NCBI GenBank assembly: GCA_963664245.1
Contig: OY760934.1
Location: forward strand, 2,300,376-2,364,375
DNA: 64,000 bases
Direction: 5' to 3'
From: Bacteroidales bacterium
Lineage (GTDB): Bacteria; Bacteroidota; Bacteroidia; Bacteroidales; GCA-2711565
Each line of letters opens with the position of its first letter. Position 1 is the stretch's first letter. Made by a program: the position numbers and the translations under genes. This document shows positions 30,282 to 40,431 of this stretch, piece after piece. The notes under the pieces were generated by a model that had not been told where the DNA came from, did not search any database, and was given only the letters and a program-made list of their open reading frames with translations.

Positions 30282-31266
30282 CAAAATCATTATCAGCCGG
30301 ACCGACAATATCGGGGATGTTGTTTTAACGCTTCCGTTGGCCGGTATTTTAAAAAAATATTTTCCGAACCTACATATTATTTTTCTGGGCAAGTTGTACA
30401 CCCGAAACATTATTTTTCTGTCGAAATATGTGGATGAATTTTTAGATTGGGATGCCTTGTCTAAATTACCCGATAACGAAAAAATTGAAAAATTCAAGGA
30501 ATTAAACGCTGATGCTATCATCCATGTTTTCCCTAATAAAAAAATCGGGGAAATTGCCAAGAAAGCAAAAATCCCTTACCGGATAGGAACCGCCGGGCGG
30601 ATTCACCATCGGTTCACCTGTAATAAATTAGTTTATTTCAGCCGGAGAAAATCCAATTTGCACGAGGCCGAACTGAACCAGGAATTATTGAAAGGCTTGG
30701 GCATTACCAGTATTGTTCCCAAGGAACGCATCCATAAATTTTACGGCTTTGAGGTTCCTCAAAAGGGATTCGATATTTTGGATAAAAAGAAAATAAATGT
30801 CATCATCCATCCAAAATCCAAAGGCAGTGCCCGCGAGTGGGGACTGGATAATTTTAATAAATTGGTTGAACTGCTTCCTGAAAAGAAATTTAAAATATTT
30901 ATGACCGGGGTTGCCGAAGATAAGGAACTTGTCAAAGGTTCTGTACTTGATAAAAATCCCCGGGTTCACAATGTGATGGGCGAATTTTCGTTTGCTGATT
31001 TTATTGCATTTATTGCCTCGGCCGATGTGATGGTTGCCGCCAGTACCGGTCCTTTGCACATTGCTGCCGCGTTAGAAAAAATTGCCATTGGTTTGTTTGC
31101 GCCGATGCGTCCCATTCACCCCGGGCGTTGGGCTCCTCTTGGTTCAAAAGCTTCGTATTTGGTGTTGGACAAAGAATGTAACGATTGCAAAAAAAGCCTT
31201 CGTTGTGAGTGCATCGAAAGCATTACATCCGAAGCCGTGTATAAACGAATTTTGGAAATGGTTTAA
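30268..31266 (+). CDS. family 9 glycosyltransferase (heptosyltransferase-like)
   Basis: 332 aa with RTDNIGDVVLTLP at the N-terminus and a C-terminal GPLHIAAAL motif typical of GT9. Confidence 0.75.
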   Translation: MKVFNKIIISRTDNIGDVVLTLPLAGILKKYFPNLHIIFLGKLYTRNIIFLSKYVDEFLDWDALSKLPDNEKIEKFKELNADAIIHVFPNKKIGEIAKKAKIPYRIGTAGRIHHRFTCNKLVYFSRRKSNLHEAELNQELLKGLGITSIVPKERIHKFYGFEVPQKGFDILDKKKINVIIHPKSKGSAREWGLDNFNKLVELLPEKKFKIFMTGVAEDKELVKGSVLDKNPRVHNVMGEFSFADFIAFIASADVMVAASTGPLHIAAALEKIAIGLFAPMRPIHPGRWAPLGSKASYLVLDKECNDCKKSLRCECIESITSEAVYKRILEMV

Positions 31267-32210
31267 TGAAAGCGGGTTCAAAATATTTTGTCATCATCAA
31301 TCCGAATTCCGGCCGCCAAAAAGGGGCTAGAGACTGGGAAACCATAAAATCCTTATTGCACCAAAACGATCTCGATTTTGATTTTGCCTTTACCCAGTAC
31401 AGAACCCACGCCATTGATTTAAGTTTGAATTCGGTTTTAAACGGATACCGGAAATTTATTGTAATAAGCGGTGATGGAACCATGAACGAAGTTGTGAATG
31501 GCATTTTTCTGCAAAGGGAGGTTTCAACCGAAGAAATTATTTTGGGTATGATTCCGATAGGAACCGGCAATGATTGGGGACGGATGTACGGCATTGGCAA
31601 CGATTATGAAAAAGCAGTTCGAATTATTAAAGAAGAACACACTTTTATTCAGGATGCGGCCGTGGTTACGTATTTCGAAAAGGATGATAAACACACCCGC
31701 TATTTTGTCAATATGGCAGGAATGGGCTTCGATGCCATGGTTGCCAATAAAACCAACGCCATGAAAGAAAAAGGCAAAGGTGGTACCCTGGCTTATTTAA
31801 AGAACCTTGCCCTCGGTTTGGTGCAGTACAAATTTAAACTTGCCAAAATTGAAGTAGACGGGAAAACGGTTTTTGAGGGTGATCTTTTCAGTGCAACCAT
31901 TGCCATTTGCAAGTACAATGGCGGAGGAATGATGCAATCGCCGCAAGCTATCCCGGATGACGGATTGCTGGATTTGAATGTTACTTGTAAAGCTTCAAAG
32001 CTTAAAGTGCTTGCACAAATTAAACGCCTGTACGATGGTTCTTTGCTAAAGATTAAAGAAATTGAAGATTTTAAAGGAAAGAAAATCAACGTTTTGGCTG
32101 CTACCGAAAATCCAATATTTCTGGAAACTGAAGGAGAATCGTTAGGTCATACTCCCTTTGAGTTCGAAATTATACCACGAAGTATACGGATAATTATCAG
32201 GAAATTCTAG
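31266..32210 (+). CDS. diacylglycerol/lipid kinase family protein (YegS/BmrU-like)
   Basis: 314 aa with the DAGK catalytic motif GGDGT-like SGDGTMNEVVNG, plus GTGNDW. Confidence 0.75.
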   Translation: MKAGSKYFVIINPNSGRQKGARDWETIKSLLHQNDLDFDFAFTQYRTHAIDLSLNSVLNGYRKFIVISGDGTMNEVVNGIFLQREVSTEEIILGMIPIGTGNDWGRMYGIGNDYEKAVRIIKEEHTFIQDAAVVTYFEKDDKHTRYFVNMAGMGFDAMVANKTNAMKEKGKGGTLAYLKNLALGLVQYKFKLAKIEVDGKTVFEGDLFSATIAICKYNGGGMMQSPQAIPDDGLLDLNVTCKASKLKVLAQIKRLYDGSLLKIKEIEDFKGKKINVLAATENPIFLETEGESLGHTPFEFEIIPRSIRIIIRKF

Positions 32211-33810
32211 GTTCTTTCCAGTCGCCATTGGTTTTAATTAGCTCAATAAGCTCCTCAATGGCGTTTTCTTCCGGGATTCCTTTTTTAACCAGTTCGCGGG
32301 TTTTGTACAGGTTCACTTTTCCTTTTCCGGCACCCACGTAACCGTAATGTGCATCGGCCATTTCGCCCGGGCCGTTTACCACGCAACCCATCACAGCTAT
32401 TTTTAAGCCCACCAGGTGATTGGTGGCTTCCTTTACTTTTTTCAGGGCTTCCTGGATGTTGTACTGGGTTCGCCCACACGAAGGGCAGGCAATGTACTCG
32501 GTTGAGCTGATGCGTGTTCCGCAGGCCTGTAATATTTTTTTTGTAAGCTCAATAAGATCGCCTTTATAGGTTTCGTTTTCGATCCAGATGCCATCGCCCA
32601 GGCCGTCTATTTGTAAGGAGCCGAAATCAATAGCCGAGCGGACAATAAAATCCTCTTCATTCATCCCCGAATAATCGCCCCTTAAAATTACTGGGTATTG
32701 GTTCTGATCAGAAATAAGTTTATCGAACTGAGATTTCAGCTTTGCTTTCACGTCCATCACAGGGAGGTTTTGCACCTCTTTTACTAAAACGTCCTCGCCG
32801 ATAATTTGCGGAAAGTTGTTCCCTCCAAATTTCCCGACTTTTTCCGTTTTCCGTTTATTGTATTCAAAAGGGTTAATGTTGGAGAAAAAATGAATGGTTT
32901 TAGTGTCTTGTGTTCGGAACGTGTTGTGTTTTTTTACAATAGATCGAGCCACGGGAATTTCGTATTCGGGGTCTTCGGTTAGCGAAACCCGGATAGTGTC
33001 ACCTATCCCCTCTTCCAGCAAAGTGCCGATTCCGGCCGCCGATTTTATCCGTCCTTCCAAATCATTTCCGGCTTCAGTAACTCCCAGGTGAAGCGGGTAA
33101 TCCATGCCTTCTGCCAACATGCGGTTCGCCAGCAAACGGTAAGCCTGAACCATCACTTTCAGGTTGCTCGATTTCATCGAAAGGATGATATTTTTGAACC
33201 GGAACGCTTCGCAAATTTTTACAAATTCCATGGCCGATTCCACCATTCCCCGGGGGGTGTCTCCATACCTTGAGGTGATGCGCTGCGACAAAGAACCGTG
33301 ATTGGTTCCTATACGGATGACTGTTCCGTTGGTTTGGCAAATACCCAACAAGGGTTTGAGACGGTCGGCAATTTTTTCAAGTTCTAATTGGTATTCTTTT
33401 TCGGAATATTCGGTTTTAGAAACGGGTTTCCGATCCACATAATTTCCGGGGTTAATGCGAACCTTTTCCACGAAACGGGCCACTTCTTCGGCAACTTTAG
33501 GGTTGTAATGAACATCGGCAATAAGTGGCGTTTTATAACCTTTTTCCCGGAGTTTTTTTTGAATTTGTTTTAAAGCATCAACTTCTTTTAACGAAGGAAC
33601 CGTAATCCGAACCAGTTCGCAACCGGCTTCAATCATGCGGATGCTTTGGGCAAGGGTAGCCTCAATATCGTTGGTATTTGTGGAGGTCATGGATTGAACA
33701 CGGATCGGATTTTGGCATCCGATACCCAAGTTTCCAACCATTATTTCGCGGCTGATAAAAGGGATGTTAAAAATGCTTTTTTGCTGCATGACCGGCCATC
33801 TTTTATGCAA
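32197..33810 (-). CDS. ispG: 4-hydroxy-3-methylbut-2-enyl-diphosphate synthase IspG (long form with insert domain)
   Basis: NPIRVQSMT, the Fe-S cysteines CPSCGRT and GCVVNGPGE, and a large central insert as in Bacteroidota IspG. The start could be ATG 33810 or 33789. Confidence 0.9.
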   Translation of the reverse strand: MHKRWPVMQQKSIFNIPFISREIMVGNLGIGCQNPIRVQSMTSTNTNDIEATLAQSIRMIEAGCELVRITVPSLKEVDALKQIQKKLREKGYKTPLIADVHYNPKVAEEVARFVEKVRINPGNYVDRKPVSKTEYSEKEYQLELEKIADRLKPLLGICQTNGTVIRIGTNHGSLSQRITSRYGDTPRGMVESAMEFVKICEAFRFKNIILSMKSSNLKVMVQAYRLLANRMLAEGMDYPLHLGVTEAGNDLEGRIKSAAGIGTLLEEGIGDTIRVSLTEDPEYEIPVARSIVKKHNTFRTQDTKTIHFFSNINPFEYNKRKTEKVGKFGGNNFPQIIGEDVLVKEVQNLPVMDVKAKLKSQFDKLISDQNQYPVILRGDYSGMNEEDFIVRSAIDFGSLQIDGLGDGIWIENETYKGDLIELTKKILQACGTRISSTEYIACPSCGRTQYNIQEALKKVKEATNHLVGLKIAVMGCVVNGPGEMADAHYGYVGAGKGKVNLYKTRELVKKGIPEENAIEELIELIKTNGDWKEPRIS

Positions 33811-33870
33811 AGGTAGGAATAAAGGCTTTCTTTGCTTCCGCTATTACAATAATGTTATTAAATTTATAAT

Positions 33871-36183
33871 GTGAGAAATTTAGGTGTAATTATTATTCTT
33901 TGTGCCGTGTTTGGGGTTCAGGCCCAGCAGGTTGGCATTGGCGAGTGGCGCGATCATTTTCCATATAAAAATTGTATTGCTGTAGAAGATGCCGGCGACA
34001 TTGTATGCGCCGCAACTTATTATGCTCTTTTTAGTTATAATAAAACGGATAACAGTGTCGAACGCATTTCAAAAATCAACGGTTTGTCGGATATTGGGAT
34101 TCGGCAAATTGCTTACCATCAGGCATCGCAATGTTTGCTGGTTGCTTATCAGAACACCAATTTGGATCTTATAAAAGAAGACGGCATTATTAATTTAACC
34201 GATATAAAACGAAAACAGGATATCGAAAATCACAATATTAATCATGTTTTTTTAGATGGAAATTATGCTTACCTCGCTTGTGGGTTTGGCATTGTGGTGC
34301 TCGATTTGGTTCGGGAAGAAATAAAAGACACCTATTACATTGGCGAAAATGCCTCTGCGGTGAATGTGCTGGACATCACTAAAAACGACACGGCATTTTT
34401 TGCGGCCACCGAAGAAGGTATTTATTCGGCAAATGTGAACAGTCCAAATTTGGCCGATTTTAATTATTGGCGGAAAGAAACAGATGTGCCTTACCAGGAC
34501 ATGTCTTATAATTTGACTACCGTTTTTTCGGGCAAAGTTTTTTTTAACCGAAACAATACTGGCTTTAACAACGATTCTTTATTTTACTGGGATGGCGCGG
34601 AATGGAATAAATTGGAAGATGATTTTCCTTCGGATATTCAAGCGTTGGAAGTTTCTGGTGGAGCCTTATTGGTTAGCCGGAACGAAGATGTATTGGTGTA
34701 TCAGCCAAATTTAAATCTCGATTATCGAATTTGGAATCCCTCGCAATTGGCTGTTTCTGCCAGTGATGCCCAAGCAGATGCCAATGGAAATATTTGGATC
34801 GCCGACACAAAATTGGGTTTGGTAAAAACATTTGATGAAGGAAACTCAGTTGAAACTATTTCGCTTCAAAGTCCTGATTTTGCCGATGTTTTTGCCATGG
34901 ATGCACAGGGAGAGCAACTTTGGCTTGTGTCGGGAGGCTATGATAAAGATTTTAATCCCGAAGAAAACAGCAATGGTTTTGCTTCTTTTGTCGACGAAAG
35001 CTGGACCTCTTATTATTGTCAATCGTCAGATTGTAATTGGCCGGATTTATTAAACGTGCAGGATTTTGTGGATGTGGAAATTAATCCCAACGATGCGGAC
35101 AATGTTTTTCTGTCCTGTTGGGGATCAGGCGTAATTGAAATTCAAGACGGGCAAATAGCTACTGTTTTTAATGCCGGAAATTCGAGCCTGGAGGGGTCTC
35201 CTGAAATTTTGGTTGGAGGGGTAATGTTCGACGGTTTAAATAATTTGTGGGTGGTAAATTCCGGGGCAGAAAACATTTTGTCGGTTAAAACCAGCGACAA
35301 CCAATGGATTTCGTTCAATTTAGGTTCGAGCAATACCAATATTACGACAGACAAACTTTTTGTTGATTCATATAATCAAAAATGGATCATCCCGGATCGA
35401 TCCCAATCTTTAATCGTATTTTCTGAAAACGGAACCCTTGAAAATACTTCGGATGATTTGGTAAAAAACCTGAATTCTTTGTCGGGAAACGGAGCCCTTA
35501 CATCTGATCAAATCAATTGTATGGCACAGGATTTTGATGATGAAATTTGGCTGGGAACCAGCGAGGGTATCGGGGTTATTTATGCGCCCTACAGTGTGTT
35601 TGGTGGGGGGAATTTCGACATGGAACGCATCCTTGTAAAATGGGAAGGCAATGTGCAGTACCTGCTCGAAACGGAAAATATTACGGCGATAACTGTCGAT
35701 CAGGCAAACCGTAAATGGATAGGAACGAAACAGTCGGGAATATTTTTATTGTCGGAAGATGGTAGCGAACAAATCCATCATTTTACCACTGAAAACAGTC
35801 CGTTAATTTCCAATCGAATTACGGATATTGCCATTCGTGATGACGGCGAAGTTTTTATTGGTACCGATTTGGGTCTTGTTTCATATCGTGGAATGGCAGC
35901 ATCGTCTTCAAATAGTGGTTCAAATGTTTATGCCTTTCCGAACCCGGTTCCGGCGGGGTACACGGGTTCCATTGCCATTAAAAATTTATACCAGGATGCC
36001 AATGTAAAAATCACGGATATTACCGGAAACGTGGTTTATGAAACCCGGGCACTGGGTGGGCAAGCCATTTGGGACGGTCATAATTTTTCCGGAAGAAAAG
36101 CCCATACCGGGGTGTACCTGGTTTTTGCCTCCAACGAAGATGGTTCGGTTTCTTTGGTAACTAAAATTCTATTTGTAAACTAA
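33871..36183 (+). CDS. two-propeller protein with T9SS C-terminal sorting domain (PorZ-like)
   Basis: 770 aa with a signal peptide and repeated WIGT/WLGT propeller motifs (two-component-regulator propeller type). The C-terminal CTD-like segment is VYAFPNPV...GVYLVFA...KILFVN. The size matches PorZ. Confidence 0.55.
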   Translation: MRNLGVIIILCAVFGVQAQQVGIGEWRDHFPYKNCIAVEDAGDIVCAATYYALFSYNKTDNSVERISKINGLSDIGIRQIAYHQASQCLLVAYQNTNLDLIKEDGIINLTDIKRKQDIENHNINHVFLDGNYAYLACGFGIVVLDLVREEIKDTYYIGENASAVNVLDITKNDTAFFAATEEGIYSANVNSPNLADFNYWRKETDVPYQDMSYNLTTVFSGKVFFNRNNTGFNNDSLFYWDGAEWNKLEDDFPSDIQALEVSGGALLVSRNEDVLVYQPNLNLDYRIWNPSQLAVSASDAQADANGNIWIADTKLGLVKTFDEGNSVETISLQSPDFADVFAMDAQGEQLWLVSGGYDKDFNPEENSNGFASFVDESWTSYYCQSSDCNWPDLLNVQDFVDVEINPNDADNVFLSCWGSGVIEIQDGQIATVFNAGNSSLEGSPEILVGGVMFDGLNNLWVVNSGAENILSVKTSDNQWISFNLGSSNTNITTDKLFVDSYNQKWIIPDRSQSLIVFSENGTLENTSDDLVKNLNSLSGNGALTSDQINCMAQDFDDEIWLGTSEGIGVIYAPYSVFGGGNFDMERILVKWEGNVQYLLETENITAITVDQANRKWIGTKQSGIFLLSEDGSEQIHHFTTENSPLISNRITDIAIRDDGEVFIGTDLGLVSYRGMAASSSNSGSNVYAFPNPVPAGYTGSIAIKNLYQDANVKITDITGNVVYETRALGGQAIWDGHNFSGRKAHTGVYLVFASNEDGSVSLVTKILFVN

Positions 36184-36184
36184 A

Positions 36185-36574
36185 ATGGTGAAATTAAACG
36201 ACATCATAGAACAACTTGAAGATTTTGAGCTGGCAGCTTTATACTTTTATCGCTTTTCCGGTTTAATGGATGATTCGAAACAAAAAGTTTTAAATGCTTT
36301 AAAAGAAAGAAATATTGATGTTAATAAGATTGAAAAATATCTTCAAAAACACACACCATCTTCAACAAATCAGGATGTTTGTCCGAGATGTTTGAGTAAT
36401 AAATTTTATTTGTCATTGGAAAATCAGGAGGTTACTTTTAGCCAGTCGACAACAAAATATGAAACCAGGTTTAAAACCTGTATGATTTGCTTGTATAGCG
36501 AGGATAAGGGAATTCATGAAAAAGAAAAATCAAATTTGTTTTCATTTGTGAATTTTTTGTCCAAGAGAAAATAA
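36185..36574 (+). CDS. hypothetical protein with CxxC...CxxC zinc-ribbon-like pairs
   Basis: 129 aa starting 2 nt after the preceding stop, with CPRC and CMIC pairs. No family recognised. Confidence 0.4.
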   Translation: MVKLNDIIEQLEDFELAALYFYRFSGLMDDSKQKVLNALKERNIDVNKIEKYLQKHTPSSTNQDVCPRCLSNKFYLSLENQEVTFSQSTTKYETRFKTCMICLYSEDKGIHEKEKSNLFSFVNFLSKRK

Positions 36575-36611
36575 TGAATAAATCAGGTATCATCAACACA
36601 GTATTTAACAA

Positions 36612-37337
36612 ATGTTAGTCAAAACCCGGGGTATTATTTTTCATCAAATCAAGTATTCGGAAACGAGTTTGATCGTGAAGATTTATACCCGTGAGCTTGG
36701 CCTGCAATCTTATCTTATCAAGGGGGCGCGTTCCAAAAAATCGAAAATGAGCCCGGCTTTGTTGCAGCATTTATCGTTGATTGAAATTGTTACTTCACAT
36801 AAAGAAAAAGGTGGTTTGCAACACCTCCGTGAAATCCAATCGGCTCATCAGTATAACAGCATCCCGTTTGATGTGGTAAAAAGTTCTATTACGGTTTTTA
36901 TAAATGAGCTCCTGGCAAAAGCCATTCGTGAAGAAGAATCAAACCTGCCTCTTTTTGATTTTATTTTTCAAAATATGCAATGGCTCGATTTGGCACATGA
37001 AAAGTTTGTGAACTTTCATTTGATTTTCACCTTGCAGTTGACCCGCTTTCTGGGCTTTTATCCGCGTGGAATTTACGCACCTTCTACGCCTTATTTTGAT
37101 TTGGAAGAAGGTTGTTTCGAAAACCGAAAACCGGTTCACCCCAATGTTTTAAAAAACCGGGAGGCCGAACTTTTTAGCGATCTTACAGACTATTCTCTCG
37201 AAAATATGGGTAATTTAAAATTGAACCACGATTTACGCAATCAACTATTAAATCAGTTGGTTCAGTATTATCAATTGCACCTTCCGGGTTTTGGCGAACT
37301 CAAATCGCTGGATGTTTTGCGGGCGGTGTTAAGCTAA
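36612..37337 (+). CDS. recO: DNA repair protein RecO
   Basis: 241 aa with an N-terminal OB-fold pattern (GIIFHQIKYSETSLIVKIYTRELG). Length is typical of RecO. Confidence 0.8.
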   Translation: MLVKTRGIIFHQIKYSETSLIVKIYTRELGLQSYLIKGARSKKSKMSPALLQHLSLIEIVTSHKEKGGLQHLREIQSAHQYNSIPFDVVKSSITVFINELLAKAIREEESNLPLFDFIFQNMQWLDLAHEKFVNFHLIFTLQLTRFLGFYPRGIYAPSTPYFDLEEGCFENRKPVHPNVLKNREAELFSDLTDYSLENMGNLKLNHDLRNQLLNQLVQYYQLHLPGFGELKSLDVLRAVLS

Positions 37338-37342
37338 ACCTA

Positions 37343-37732
37343 TTAGATATATTTCTTATAATCTTGGTCAGATGTGCTTACATGATTTACCCACCAGCCA
37401 GCAAGAAATTCAGTCATTTCAATACGAACATTTAAATTTTTCATTAGAATATCTTTATAAAAATCAGCTATTTTACGAACGAACTGTTTGTGAACCTTTA
37501 TGTGCTCTTCAATTTTGGGGTAATTGTGCGATTTTAACAGCGACTCTTCGTCTTTGAAATGGGTTTGGGTATATTCTATTAAATCATTAAAATGAATTTT
37601 ATATAGGTTGGGGTTCTCTTCGTCTTTGGCACTTGCAATTATTTGGTTTACGATTTTAAAAAGTTTTTTGTGCTGATTGTCGATGATTTGGTTATTTACG
37701 CTAAGATTCTCCGTCCACTTTATTTCTTCCAT
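37343..37732 (-). CDS. bacteriohemerythrin
   Basis: Start trimmed to ATG 37732 (MEEIKWTENLSVNNQIIDNQHKKLF). His/Asp ligand motifs are HF.DEE, H...H and W..NH....D. Confidence 0.75.
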   Translation of the reverse strand: MEEIKWTENLSVNNQIIDNQHKKLFKIVNQIIASAKDEENPNLYKIHFNDLIEYTQTHFKDEESLLKSHNYPKIEEHIKVHKQFVRKIADFYKDILMKNLNVRIEMTEFLAGWWVNHVSTSDQDYKKYI

Positions 37733-37898
37733 TTTAAGTCTTATTAAGCTGGCAAAATTCTTTGATTGTCCAAATATAAAAAATATCAATATATGGTAAA
37801 CTATAGTTTGAGGTTTGTATAAAGTTGAGAGGAAGAATTTCATTCATTCTTGAAAAATTTTCGTAGATTTGAGATACTTACTACCTAACAAAATACAC

Positions 37899-38879
37899 AT
37901 GAGTCAACAAACAAAACACATTCCGATTGTGTCGGAGGGGGAGTTCCCTTTGATACAGGCGGTTGATCTGGAAGCCTTCCGCGAGCACAACCGCAATAAA
38001 CCCAAAGCTTTGATCGATAAACAAATGAGCGATGCCGAAGCCATCAATCGTTTTGTAAATGATGGCGATTACCTAGGAGTTGAGTTATATGGAACCGTCC
38101 GTTGTCCCATCAGTTTGATGCGGGCTTTGATCCGTTCGGGGAAAAAAGATTTCAGGATTGCCGGACAGGGCGTATTTGAAGCCGATTTATTGCTGGCTGC
38201 CGATTTGGTTCGGGAAATCGATTTTACCTACATCGGGCTTGAGGTTTACGGGGTTTCAAACTTGCTTCGTCAGCGGGTGGAGAACGGTTCGGTTCGTAAA
38301 ATAGTAGAATGGTCGAACGCGGCTCTGTCCTGGCGATTTAAAGCGGCGGCCATGGGCGTTCCTTTTGTGCCTACCCGTTGTATGCTGGGAACAGACACCC
38401 TGAAAAAATCATCGGCAAAAGTGATTGAGTGCCCCTTTACCGGGGATAAGGTGGCTTTATTGCCGGCTTTGGTTCTGGATGTGGGTTTTATTCATGTGAG
38501 CCGTGCCGATATTTATGGCAATTGCCAGATCGACGGCATCAGCGGATTTGCTTTTGAGATGGCTCGTGCCAGCAAAAACCTGATTATTTCTACCGAAGAA
38601 ATTGTTCCGACTGCCGAAATCCGCAAACATCCCGACCGCACCATTATTCCGTATTACTTGGTAGATGCGGTGGTTCATGCACCTTATGGTTCGTGGCCGG
38701 GCGAAATGGCCGGGAAATATGAACGCGATGAAGAGCATTACCGTCAGTTTATCGAGGGTTCGAAAACACCCGAAGGAACAGAAGCTTATTTAAAAGAATG
38801 GGTTCACGGTTTGCCTTCTCACCAGGCATTAATCGACAAAATTGGTGAGGATCGTTTACAGGAAATCAACATAAAATAA
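37899..38879 (+). CDS. CoA-transferase subunit A (glutaconate/3-oxoacid CoA-transferase family)
   Basis: Start trimmed to ATG 37899. Family I CoA-transferase alpha-subunit pattern, paired with a beta subunit 7 nt downstream. Confidence 0.75.
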   Translation: MSQQTKHIPIVSEGEFPLIQAVDLEAFREHNRNKPKALIDKQMSDAEAINRFVNDGDYLGVELYGTVRCPISLMRALIRSGKKDFRIAGQGVFEADLLLAADLVREIDFTYIGLEVYGVSNLLRQRVENGSVRKIVEWSNAALSWRFKAAAMGVPFVPTRCMLGTDTLKKSSAKVIECPFTGDKVALLPALVLDVGFIHVSRADIYGNCQIDGISGFAFEMARASKNLIISTEEIVPTAEIRKHPDRTIIPYYLVDAVVHAPYGSWPGEMAGKYERDEEHYRQFIEGSKTPEGTEAYLKEWVHGLPSHQALIDKIGEDRLQEINIK

Positions 38880-38886
38880 GAACATC

Positions 38887-39651
38887 ATGTCACAAGAATA
38901 TACTCCTTCAGAATTATTGATTTGTTTGGCTTCCCGGGTGATGGAAGACGAAAGCACGGCTTTTATCGGAACGGGAATCCCTATGCTGGCCGCCAGCCTG
39001 GCGCAAAATATGCATGCCCCCAACCTTATTCCTATTTTTGAGTTTGGCGGAACCGGGGCCGTTTTGGAAAAACTTCCGTTGGCCGTGGGCGATATGCGAA
39101 CTTTTAATAAAGGTATTGCTGCTTCCGGTATTTGCGATATCATGGAAACCGCCCAGCGTGGTTTTGTGGAATTTGGTTTTTTGGGCGGGGCTCAAATTGA
39201 TGCCTATGGTAATTTGAACTCCACGGTGATTGGCGATTATGCCAAGCCCAAGGTGCGCTTGCCCGGTAGTGGCGGTGCCAACGATGTGGGTTCGTGTTGC
39301 TGGCGAACCATTGCCATTATGCGCCACGACAAACGCCGCTTTTTGGAAAAGATAGATTTTGTTACCACTCCCGGATACTTGGATGGTCCCAATTCCCGCG
39401 AAGAAGCCGGCTTACCCAAAGGTAGCGGCCCCTACCGCGTGGTGACCAATTTATGTGTGATGGGTTATGACGACGAAAGCAAGCGCATGAAACTATTAAG
39501 TTTGAATCCAGGCGTTACCAAAGAAGAAGTGATTGAAAACACTGGCTTTGAGCTTTTGTTTGCCGATGAAATTACCCATAACCACCCACCCACCACCGAA
39601 GAACTTAAAATCTTACGCGAACAGGTTGACCCGGATGGGTTGTATAGGTAG
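38887..39651 (+). CDS. CoA-transferase subunit B
   Basis: 254 aa with the beta-subunit pattern IPIFEFGG...LPGSGGANDV. Confidence 0.75.
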   Translation: MSQEYTPSELLICLASRVMEDESTAFIGTGIPMLAASLAQNMHAPNLIPIFEFGGTGAVLEKLPLAVGDMRTFNKGIAASGICDIMETAQRGFVEFGFLGGAQIDAYGNLNSTVIGDYAKPKVRLPGSGGANDVGSCCWRTIAIMRHDKRRFLEKIDFVTTPGYLDGPNSREEAGLPKGSGPYRVVTNLCVMGYDDESKRMKLLSLNPGVTKEEVIENTGFELLFADEITHNHPPTTEELKILREQVDPDGLYR

Positions 39652-39660
39652 TAAAAATTT

Positions 39661-40431
39661 TTAATTTAACGCAAATTCAGAATTACACAGTTCTTTTTTG
39701 CTCCAAGGGATATGTTTAACATTATAATTATCTAAAGCACTAACTATATCTTTTGAAACCTCTTTTTCAATGTCATTGTATAGAACAAAGTTTCTTGTTT
39801 GGGTTTCTCTTGTTTGATTAATGTCATTAAATGCCATTATTGAAGACAAAATGTTATCTTTTTTTACATTATTTATTGTCCTAATTAATCTTTCTGGTTT
39901 GTTTTTTGATTCTGGTATTAAAAAATCAATATTATGATCAAAACCACTTTTTCCAGTAAGCTTAATATCTTTTGAGAAAAATACATTATTACTTCTAAAA
40001 TATAATTCAACGTCTTCTTTAAATAATGAATAAACTGTTTCTTGGGCAAGATTAAATAAATCATTAACTGCTAAAATAGCTTGAAGTAAATAATGTTTTT
40101 TTTGTCCAACACTATTTAATGTTGCATCTACATATAATTGATCATCATCTGAGATTTTAACTCCAAACCCATTTAAAGCTGTTTTTAAAATACTTTCTCT
40201 TTTTGGTGTATTTATTTCTAACCCAGACATTCTTAAATCTGAAATTGTATAACCATTATCTGTAAGCTGAAAATTCCCATTATTTTTTATTAAATATATA
40301 TCTAAATGATCATTATGTCTATCAAGAAAAGGAGTAGATATAGAACATATTTCCCCCTCTTCAATAGTTTTAACTATTGTATTGTTTTTTATCCAATTGA
40401 TATATTCGGTAATTACGTTTTGACAATTCAT
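39661..40431 (-). CDS. DUF1828/DUF1829-like protein (unknown function)
   Basis: 256 aa. The N-terminal pattern ISTPFLDRHNDHLDIYL...LTDNGYTISDL is as I recall for DUF1828, and the C-terminal half is DUF1829-like. The start shares one base with the upstream stop (TAATG). Confidence 0.5.
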   Translation of the reverse strand: MNCQNVITEYINWIKNNTIVKTIEEGEICSISTPFLDRHNDHLDIYLIKNNGNFQLTDNGYTISDLRMSGLEINTPKRESILKTALNGFGVKISDDDQLYVDATLNSVGQKKHYLLQAILAVNDLFNLAQETVYSLFKEDVELYFRSNNVFFSKDIKLTGKSGFDHNIDFLIPESKNKPERLIRTINNVKKDNILSSIMAFNDINQTRETQTRNFVLYNDIEKEVSKDIVSALDNYNVKHIPWSKKELCNSEFALN

